IMG/VR virus record: IMGVR_UViG_3300005002_000001
Source of the DNA: a virus
Reading direction: 5' to 3' (one strand)
DNA length: 64,000 nucleotides
Part shown: in pieces, positions 56,764-64,000 of the stretch
How positions within the stretch are numbered: the first letter of the stretch is position 1
Layout of the letters: each line of letters starts with the position of its first letter
Program-made: the position numbers and the translations under genes
The notes under the pieces: model-generated
The model's input: only the letters and a program-made list of their open reading frames with translations
Database searches by the model: none
Told to the model about the DNA's origin: nothing

Positions 56764-59249
56764 TGTTTGCAATTCCTCCGCGCACAACCAAAAAGATCAC
56801 GCTTGATGATGATTTCGCTGAGCTTGTCGATGTGACGAGCGATGGTAGCTTGATCTTTCAGATCACGTATGGCATCAATCAAAGCGAAGTTATCGACAGC
56901 GGCGTATCCAATATCAAAGCTAGTGTCTTTGCTACTCGTAAGAGGGAAGTTTCTATCTTCGAAAACAGAAAAGGCCAGAGAGCGTCCCCAGCCGAGATTA
57001 TTTCGAACATTCAGGGTTTGCAGCGGACGTATCGAAGCATCGCTAAGTCTAACGAACAAAATCTGTTAGCTCATGCGATATCCGATGCTACGTCTAGAGT
57101 CAACAATCAATTGGTCTCATTCATTACGTCTCCAGCGTATCAGAAGACTCAGGGATATCTTTCTAGAATCACTCAGATCTACAAGACAAAAGTCTTTCTG
57201 AAAGAAGTAGCTGCTGTCGAAAATGATGAGGATTTGGATCATCCTATCTTGCAGACTAATCGAAACACCTTGCCTGATATCGACTACCAATCGACCGTCA
57301 AGGCATCGATCAAGAGCATGATACTGAAAAAGAGCGTCGACCCGTCAAGCGTTGTCAATCTTTCTAAAGATAGAGTTTCGGCCGTCGCGAACCTCCGAGG
57401 AGTCTATATCAAACCCGATCGCCCGACAGGATATCGATGGGGAGACGACGAAAATGCGAACGTCATCCGTCAGACGTTTACGCAGATGGTTCCGAACACG
57501 ACTCTCAAAGTGACGACATCTAGCGCTATTACGACGGAAAAATTGATCCAAGTCATCGAGACAGTACCGCAAGACAAGATCAAGGTTCCCGTTACCGTAT
57601 CGGTTCCGGCTGAAAAGATGAGCTCGCCTCGAGGATCGATCAGCACATTTTTCGTTCGATTGGACGTCGTCAATCGATGTGGAGTCATCGTAGATTCGAT
57701 CGAACAGGAGATTGACGTCGCTTTTCATCTTAGGATGTTCAATACACCCAAGATCGCTCCCGAAGTCAAGTTTGCTCGTTACGATTCATTCAGCAAAGGC
57801 ACTCTACAGGTTTTCCAGCAGGATCCTCGAGCTACTAGCGTCCGCGTATACAAGAAGTTCATTTCTCACGTTTCCAACGAACTGGATGACTACGTTTTGA
57901 TCGGAGAATTCAGCGTCGTCAAGGGAGCGGGATTTGCTAGCATCCCTATCGATATCGCTCGACGAGATACTAGCGTCTATCGAGTCATCCCTGTCAGCTC
58001 CGACGGTATCCAGGGATACGAATTTACGAATATCGTCATCAATCCTCCCGGAGGCAACAAGAACAAGTATCGATACGTGTCGTTGACTTCTAAAATCGTG
58101 GAAAATGGAGTGGCACTGGAAGTCAGAGAATTGCCTCCTGATGTCGTTGCCTTTCGAATTCTTCGTCGTAACAAGACGATTTTTGAATCGACTCCGACGA
58201 CGGTGGGCGACGACGTCATTTACGTAGATCGATCGCAAGATGACCAGATCTATACCGTCGTCGATAATCAATCTAAAGCTGACAACGTTTACGAATACAC
58301 TGTCGATCTGATCTATCGCAACGGCACGTCAGACATTTCGGGCTACGTGCTGGTCGAATACTTGCCCCTCGTAGAGAATCTAGTCGATACTCGAATCGTC
58401 GATCTACAGACATCTACGGATCCGATCAACCCCGACGTCACATTCAGGATCGAATCTAAACTGATTGACGGCAATCTGGATGCCGTCAAGAACCTGCTTG
58501 AGAAGCAGGGGCTGTCTCAGTTTTTCTCTGATAGCGTTCTCAAAGAAAGAGACAAGCTTAAGAAGCTTATTGCGCACCAAGTGACTCGAGTCAATTTGAC
58601 AACGGGTCAAAGAGAGAACTTCGGAGTCGTAACGAATGAATTCTTTACTGATTCTGAATTGGGAAGAATCAACTCTGTGCAGCCTCTTAAGCCTGGCTAT
58701 CGATATCGATATGATATTAGTACCTTGCTCCGAGCTCCCGAGACCCTTTTTGAATCGATCGACAAAGAAGCAATCGATCCAGTCACGAAGAAGCCGTATT
58801 CTTACAAGCCTTCGAAGTTTTTGCATCCGATCACGATGAAAAAAGGAAACATCCTGGAAAGAGAAGCTCAGCTGTCTCGATATGCCAAAGATGACATGTC
58901 TTTCGGAAACGTCGGCGACCAGGTCTCGACCGAAGTGTCGTTTGCCCAAGAGCAGCTAGCCCTGACTGATGTTCGAGCCTTCAAATACGATCGTCATCAC
59001 GTCCTTTTACAGTGGACTCTAGATGGCGCATCTCAGCTGGTTGAGAATTTTATCGTCGTCCTAGAAGAGAATGGGATGTCTGTTCCAATCGGAAAAGTCC
59101 ATGCTATTGACGAGAAAAGGAAGTATGAGTTCATCCATACTTTGACGACAAATGACGTTGGCAACTACGTATACAACATCACGCCGGTCTTTACGAATTA
59201 CGCTATGGGTCCGGAAGTGAAGTCAAATGCAGTCGTGGTGACTCAATAA
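56763..59249 (+). CDS. Large hypothetical protein, 828 aa (probably a virion structural component)
   Basis: Long uninterrupted ORF translationally coupled to its neighbours. No motif recognised by eye. Confidence 0.45.
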   Translation: MFAIPPRTTKKITLDDDFAELVDVTSDGSLIFQITYGINQSEVIDSGVSNIKASVFATRKREVSIFENRKGQRASPAEIISNIQGLQRTYRSIAKSNEQNLLAHAISDATSRVNNQLVSFITSPAYQKTQGYLSRITQIYKTKVFLKEVAAVENDEDLDHPILQTNRNTLPDIDYQSTVKASIKSMILKKSVDPSSVVNLSKDRVSAVANLRGVYIKPDRPTGYRWGDDENANVIRQTFTQMVPNTTLKVTTSSAITTEKLIQVIETVPQDKIKVPVTVSVPAEKMSSPRGSISTFFVRLDVVNRCGVIVDSIEQEIDVAFHLRMFNTPKIAPEVKFARYDSFSKGTLQVFQQDPRATSVRVYKKFISHVSNELDDYVLIGEFSVVKGAGFASIPIDIARRDTSVYRVIPVSSDGIQGYEFTNIVINPPGGNKNKYRYVSLTSKIVENGVALEVRELPPDVVAFRILRRNKTIFESTPTTVGDDVIYVDRSQDDQIYTVVDNQSKADNVYEYTVDLIYRNGTSDISGYVLVEYLPLVENLVDTRIVDLQTSTDPINPDVTFRIESKLIDGNLDAVKNLLEKQGLSQFFSDSVLKERDKLKKLIAHQVTRVNLTTGQRENFGVVTNEFFTDSELGRINSVQPLKPGYRYRYDISTLLRAPETLFESIDKEAIDPVTKKPYSYKPSKFLHPITMKKGNILEREAQLSRYAKDDMSFGNVGDQVSTEVSFAQEQLALTDVRAFKYDRHHVLLQWTLDGASQLVENFIVVLEENGMSVPIGKVHAIDEKRKYEFIHTLTTNDVGNYVYNITPVFTNYAMGPEVKSNAVVVTQ

Positions 59250-62200
59250 TGGCTCTTCTGAATACGCTGTCATTCAAATCTACCTCGGTGGCTCCTAAGC
59301 TATCGATACAGCCGACGCTCAAAACTCTTGTAACGTCAGTCGGGGTCGCTCCTGCATTGTCAGCGGGCTCGACAGTGACTTTCAAACCTATTTCAACGAC
59401 TCCCGTTTCTTCGTTGTTGACCGCCAAACCCAACATTCTAACGGCCTCGCCGCTGTCATCGATTGCTACTGCTCGTTTTCCTATCGCCGAACTGGTCAGA
59501 CCCATCAGGTTGCTGACGATCAAACCTCTAGCTCCGCTCATCACGGTGGCTGCCATCAAGTCCAGAGCCGATCGAGATTCGGATCAAAAGGCTTTCTCAC
59601 AAAAATTTCAAGCTCTTGACAAGAAGTTTTCTCCTTACGAAAACCTGACCGGTCTTTCGAGCCAGCGTCCCGAACTGATGATGCTGACGGAATTCAAGCC
59701 CATCTTTAACGAGAACTTCGATAAGCAAAGCGTCAGTACTTTCACGGGCAAAGATTTTGTGTCCGGGCTCAACGACTACGGAGACTTTATCGACATCCAG
59801 CTGCAGGTCAAAAACCTGTATCACTACAACATCGCTAAGATGATCAAAGAACTGAAGGATAAGGATCCTGACGTCAAGAAAGATCTCGAAGATAGAGAAG
59901 TCGCGTTCCTTGAAGCGATGGAGACGACCATTCGAAATGTCAACCATCTTTACGATCTGTCTCGAGCTCTAGAGACGAATAAGGACACTTTTAATCTCAA
60001 ATCAGATACTTTCACTATTTCTTGGGAGACGATCGTTCGAACCTATTTCTACGACTATTACTCGTGGTTCATTCCCTATTTGGGAGTTTCTAGAAACTAC
60101 ACGTATGTGACCCCCTCGAAATTTCTAACGAAGTTTGGTTATCAACCGCAAGGCATCGCTAGCTTTGCGAGCACCAAGATCTACTTGCAGCTGCTGGCAG
60201 AATTCCGAAATCTCATTTCGAATTACTCGGCTAAATTGTTGAACCAATCGATCGATCGTCAGAAGTCTGACTTCAAGGCTGTCAGCATCAACACGAATGC
60301 TAACAACACTTGGTACGATGTTAGTCGTAATGCTACAGATATCGAAAGCCCTGTCTATAATGACATCGCTCGTCTTAATGGGCGTTCTGTCGGCGCCGCC
60401 GTCCCTCGCCTGGCTAGCTTTTTCGAGCAGATCGATAAATCTTTCGCCCCTGCTTTTTCTAGGCCCGAAGACAAGATCTCATTCTATTCTCACTTCCTGT
60501 CGAGAGAATTCAGATATTCGTCGGCGCTATCAAACGCGGACACACAGACATTCCTCGCTCAGACTTATGGGTATACCGTCAATACGCAGGGATCGAATTT
60601 CAATGTCTTTGATTTCATGATCGGTAGGATCGGAACCAAGATCACAGATGCGTTCGCTAATTCGGCTGGAGGATCAAATTCTATCGTTTCTCCAGCGCAG
60701 ATCCAAAATGGCGATACGTTGGTTCTTCCATTCGAAAACAAGTACCTCGAGCTTGACGGATCGATTTTCACACCCGGATCCGAGTATCTGATCGATTCGA
60801 TTTTCGAAAATGCGCAGACGGCGTCTCCCGATGGTTCACCGCTAGATGTCAGCAGGCTGGAAAACTACGCCAACACTACAAATCAAGTCGCCAACAAATT
60901 CAGCGAATTCGTCGACCGCATGAGGTTTTTCTACCAGGTTCCCTCTGATGGTTATTCGTACTACTACCGACTGTCATACAACAACAGATCGACGATGGAA
61001 TCTCCGCAAAGATTTGCTGAAACCATCTATGATGGTTTGCTGTCGGGACGTCAAGTTCCGAAATACGAGATCGCTAATGATCCGATGTCGGCACTGCTGA
61101 ATCTAGCATACAAAGACAAGACCCTCAAGGCTTTGCTCTACATGTATGTCATCATTTCCAATTCCGGAAATCCGTCAGTTTCCAATGTCGGTCAGGCCGA
61201 AATTCGTCGCCAGATCAATTTTTCGTTGGGTACGTCGTTGTTTATCAACAACGACCAGTCAGCTCTAGATCGGATCATCCAGGAAATCCAGTCTAGACTA
61301 GCGACTCTCGTTACGACTCGATTCAATTACCTCTACAACGATATCTTCAATGTCTTTGGCTTCTATACGACGCAATTCAAACCGTACTACTACACGTCGG
61401 CCATGCAAACGTATCGAGATGTCAAGTTCGGATCCAGCTTTAATGAGATCACGGCCGAAAACATCGCTAATAGCTTGAGAAAAGGCTCACCTGCCCTGAA
61501 CTTTTTGAAGAATACCATCGCGTCCATTCAAAATGCGTTCAAGAGCAATCAAGCTTTCGTCGATACTAGAACTCGTTATTCTGACATCAACGATTCGCTT
61601 GTAGTAGCTCTTGCGATGGAGTTGTGCCTGACTGTTTTTGACAACCACATCAATACGAGGTTTCTCAATCGTTTCATTACTCGAGGCGCGAGCTCGATCG
61701 GACGTGAGTATTACACTATCTCCAATAAACAGTCCAATACGGGCGCTAGCGTTAGCCTGGCTCAAACCAAAATAGCTGATGAAGTCGATTTGACGATTCA
61801 GTGCATCACTGGCATCACAGCGATGCTTCGTAGAGTAGTTGATTCTTCCTTGGTCATTGTCAATCGAGTTCGAAATGCGGAGACAGTTCGCGTATTGAAT
61901 GAAGTTATCGCGACGCTTGGGGACAGAAAATATCTCGGAAACTTGATGAACGAACAGCAGCTTGTGCTAGCAAAAGCTAGTACTGACGAGGTCCGGCTCA
62001 AACTGTTTTCGAAAGCACGAACCGCCGATGTGGCCATCGGTGCAGCCAAAGCTCGTCAGGCGTCCGATGATCTGTCTATTCTAGATGATACGACCATTTC
62101 TGGTAATCTTAGAAATGCTTTTTATGCTTTCTTCGCGCAGGACAAATTTGCTAGCAAGAAGTCATTCAATAGCAGAATTTTGACGGTCGGCGTGCCAAAC

Positions 62201-63226
62201 GGGTTTACTCAGAGCATCAGAGAAAAGATCCGTCTAGACAAGATGGACAAGAACTATAGCAAGAAGCAGGTTGACGTCGTCGATCTAACGTGTTACAAGG
62301 TCGACGTAGAATTCCAAGACGTAATCTTCAAGCCGCAGAAATTCATGTTTGAAATGTCGCGTTTCGTTCTCAAAAACGAATATGACATTGCACCTGTGGG
62401 AATCGATGCCGATATGAGATCGATTGTGCGTGCCGTGCCGACGAGGGATTACTCGGTCGAAGTTTACGATCAAGTCGATCTTCTCAACAAGAAAGCGCTC
62501 GAAAAGACCCCTCTCTTTACAGATCCGCAGTATTCTTTCCTTTCTCCTGAACAGAAGATGAGCATGCTGCAAAATCACATCGCAAGCCATTTCCTAGAAA
62601 TCTATCTGAGGATGTTAACAGGCGTCGCGACGAACGAATTTGCCTTTGAGCTTCTTCTGAATCAAAATGATAGAGTCGGAGATAAGCACACAATCGAAGA
62701 ACAGTTTATGAAGAAACTGATCACATCGAGAGTGCAATCTCGCATCGATAGACCCGTGAATTGGGAAGATATCGTTGCCTTTGGCTTTCTTGAAGCTATT
62801 TCTAGAAAGAAAGTCGATATCATCGAGAAGGACATCAAAACTGTGCAAGATTTGGCTCGAGTAAGCACAGTCGTTTCGAATCCGGACTACGAGGCTCGTC
62901 GCTTGCTTCGTCCTAAGGAATTCGAAAGAATATTCCACGTAATCATTGATCCTGATGATTTCGAAATTGATGTGCAAGAGACGCAAAAGACGACTCAAGG
63001 TCGAGAAGCCATGGCCAAGCTTCTGAAGCAGAAGATTCTAGTCGACATCGATGAGAATTCCATAGTTACAAGCGACAGGGCATACGTCGACAAGCGGTAT
63101 AAGATTGTCGATAGGCTAGTGAGCGAAAACAACCTCATCTTTGAGAAGTACTTCGTCACATTCGAGACCGTACTTCCTAGTACGATCGATCCGAACGATC
63201 CCTCAAACATCAAGAAAGACAAATGA
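59249..63226 (+). CDS. Very large hypothetical protein, 1325 aa (probably a virion structural component)
   Basis: Long uninterrupted ORF. The N-terminal about 110 aa is Ser/Thr/Pro/Leu/Ala-rich (MALLNTLSFKSTSVAPKLSIQPTLKTLVTSVGVAPALS...). No catalytic motif recognised. Confidence 0.45.
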   Translation: MALLNTLSFKSTSVAPKLSIQPTLKTLVTSVGVAPALSAGSTVTFKPISTTPVSSLLTAKPNILTASPLSSIATARFPIAELVRPIRLLTIKPLAPLITVAAIKSRADRDSDQKAFSQKFQALDKKFSPYENLTGLSSQRPELMMLTEFKPIFNENFDKQSVSTFTGKDFVSGLNDYGDFIDIQLQVKNLYHYNIAKMIKELKDKDPDVKKDLEDREVAFLEAMETTIRNVNHLYDLSRALETNKDTFNLKSDTFTISWETIVRTYFYDYYSWFIPYLGVSRNYTYVTPSKFLTKFGYQPQGIASFASTKIYLQLLAEFRNLISNYSAKLLNQSIDRQKSDFKAVSINTNANNTWYDVSRNATDIESPVYNDIARLNGRSVGAAVPRLASFFEQIDKSFAPAFSRPEDKISFYSHFLSREFRYSSALSNADTQTFLAQTYGYTVNTQGSNFNVFDFMIGRIGTKITDAFANSAGGSNSIVSPAQIQNGDTLVLPFENKYLELDGSIFTPGSEYLIDSIFENAQTASPDGSPLDVSRLENYANTTNQVANKFSEFVDRMRFFYQVPSDGYSYYYRLSYNNRSTMESPQRFAETIYDGLLSGRQVPKYEIANDPMSALLNLAYKDKTLKALLYMYVIISNSGNPSVSNVGQAEIRRQINFSLGTSLFINNDQSALDRIIQEIQSRLATLVTTRFNYLYNDIFNVFGFYTTQFKPYYYTSAMQTYRDVKFGSSFNEITAENIANSLRKGSPALNFLKNTIASIQNAFKSNQAFVDTRTRYSDINDSLVVALAMELCLTVFDNHINTRFLNRFITRGASSIGREYYTISNKQSNTGASVSLAQTKIADEVDLTIQCITGITAMLRRVVDSSLVIVNRVRNAETVRVLNEVIATLGDRKYLGNLMNEQQLVLAKASTDEVRLKLFSKARTADVAIGAAKARQASDDLSILDDTTISGNLRNAFYAFFAQDKFASKKSFNSRILTVGVPNGFTQSIREKIRLDKMDKNYSKKQVDVVDLTCYKVDVEFQDVIFKPQKFMFEMSRFVLKNEYDIAPVGIDADMRSIVRAVPTRDYSVEVYDQVDLLNKKALEKTPLFTDPQYSFLSPEQKMSMLQNHIASHFLEIYLRMLTGVATNEFAFELLLNQNDRVGDKHTIEEQFMKKLITSRVQSRIDRPVNWEDIVAFGFLEAISRKKVDIIEKDIKTVQDLARVSTVVSNPDYEARRLLRPKEFERIFHVIIDPDDFEIDVQETQKTTQGREAMAKLLKQKILVDIDENSIVTSDRAYVDKRYKIVDRLVSENNLIFEKYFVTFETVLPSTIDPNDPSNIKKDK

Positions 63227-64000
63227 GCATCTCTTTACCGTCTAAGGAAGTCATCGTAGTCGATGTTCCCGAGGTCAGGGAATTCAAGGTGGGTTTTGTC
63301 TACAATTTTCATGTTCCTGACGAGCTAATCTCAGAAGACGCTACGAATATTCCTGCTAGCATCCTGGCCAAACCGGCCGAACACTTTGACGCCGATTATA
63401 TCGATTTCGTCCGAACCAGGATTCCTAGACATGTCCGCTTCGATTTTTCTCCCGTCTTCATGCAGAATCCGACTCTCGAGTTGACGGACGAGCAGCGTCG
63501 AGACGTGTCTGCCAACAGACAGATCCACCAGGGAGATCTACTGAGGAAGTTCTACGATCGGATTATCGGAGAGCAAGAATTTGCTAGCCTTTCGTATAAC
63601 GTCGTCAATTTCACGGATCAGGGAATCGAAAAGAAGCTGTACGATTTTGTTTCGGGATCGTTGGAAGTCATTCTTGAAGATGCGGACATCACTGTCTCAG
63701 CCAAAGGTAAGAAGGAAGCGGACTACAAAAAAGAGCTAGCAGCCAAGAGATCCAAGAATAGAAAAGATCTGCAGACATTGCAGAGGAAGATTTCTTACGC
63801 AAATCGTCTGACAGGCAAGGACATCGGAACAGATTTCTTGCAGAGAAGCATGCAACAACCTCGAGAAGAAGGTGTTTTCTTCCTCGAAAATGATGGCAAA
63901 AAGTTGACAGATCGAGACGTGTCGGTCGATAACCTGAAGAAGGTATCTCTCAAATCTCAGATCAATTCGAAGGTATACGACACCATCGTCAAAACTGCTC
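63223..64000 (+). CDS. Hypothetical protein (5' part; continues beyond the window)
   Basis: The ATG at 63223 overlaps the upstream TGA as ATGA. The frame stays open to the window end (MSISLPSKEVIVVDVPEV...). Confidence 0.4.
   Translation, partial: MSISLPSKEVIVVDVPEVREFKVGFVYNFHVPDELISEDATNIPASILAKPAEHFDADYIDFVRTRIPRHVRFDFSPVFMQNPTLELTDEQRRDVSANRQIHQGDLLRKFYDRIIGEQEFASLSYNVVNFTDQGIEKKLYDFVSGSLEVILEDADITVSAKGKKEADYKKELAAKRSKNRKDLQTLQRKISYANRLTGKDIGTDFLQRSMQQPREEGVFFLENDGKKLTDRDVSVDNLKKVSLKSQINSKVYDTIVKTA

Noticed and set aside
1-64000. Possibility that the whole genome uses a TAG-recoded genetic code (Lak/crAss-like)
   Set aside because: Under the standard code the structural and accessory genes form long, gap-free, translationally coupled ORFs. 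TAG demonstrably terminates the phosphatase gene and several others. Only one candidate read-through site (PTH2-like) was found. The evidence fits local suppression, not global recoding.
1-64000. Giant eukaryotic virus (NCLDV) origin, suggested by the glycosylation genes, GIY-YIG endonuclease, tRNAs and paralogous structural genes
   Set aside because: The window carries Baseplate-J and gp25-like genes, a gp55-like late sigma factor and PhoH. Genes show ATGA/TGATG overlaps and several have Shine-Dalgarno sites. All of this points to a tailed bacteriophage or prophage.
1-64000. CRISPR arrays, integrase or attachment sites, transposases and toxin-antitoxin pairs
   Set aside because: I found no direct-repeat/spacer periodicity, no tyrosine- or serine-recombinase motifs and no IS-like inverted terminal repeats. 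The only mobile element supported is the GIY-YIG homing endonuclease.

Overview
This window reads as part of a large tailed dsDNA phage genome (or prophage) with T4-like myovirus hallmarks. Genes are tightly packed, many stop and start codons overlap (ATGA, TGATG), and several genes have Shine-Dalgarno-like sites, so this is a prokaryotic virus rather than a giant eukaryotic virus. All homology calls below are made by eye against remembered family motifs; none was checked by a database search.

The window has three parts:

1. 1-5.4 kb, minus strand: the end of a baseplate module. It holds a gp6/Baseplate-J-like gene that runs off the window edge, a gp25-like gene, a Pro-rich protein, a free-standing GIY-YIG/NUMOD homing endonuclease and a gp5-like central spike protein with an OB-fold.

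2. 5-35.7 kb, minus strand: a long accessory block.
- a gp55-like late sigma factor
- two GT4 glycosyltransferases and a Cas4/RecB-like nuclease
- a PTH2-like peptidyl-tRNA hydrolase whose conserved N-terminus lies behind an in-frame TAG
- two adjacent tRNAs that both carry a CUA (amber-suppressor) anticodon
- a dual-specificity phosphatase, the NadV+NatV NAD+ salvage pair and a 2Fe-2S ferredoxin
- an approximately 21 kb glycan-biosynthesis island with UDP-glucose dehydrogenase, UDP-galactopyranose mutase, RmlA/RmlB/RmlD but no obvious RmlC, an SDR epimerase, a Gfo/Idh/MocA oxidoreductase, two TylF-like O-methyltransferases, two 2OG/PhyH-like oxygenases, a HAD hydrolase and at least eight glycosyltransferases

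3. 35.9-64 kb, plus strand. A divergent intergenic region with CTTAAG/TTAATTAA inverted repeats is followed by:
- a truncated GroEL-like protein that lacks the equatorial ATPase domain
- ClpP, an Hc1-like histone H1-like protein and PIN-PhoH
- a tandem array of nine diverged paralogs of about 400-570 aa each, from an unrecognised family that is probably virion-structural
- 326-, 828- and 1325-aa hypothetical proteins, probably structural

The most noteworthy signals are the suppressor-tRNA pair beside the TAG-interrupted PTH2 gene, the nine-paralog array, the phage-borne glycan island and the ATPase-less chaperonin fragment.
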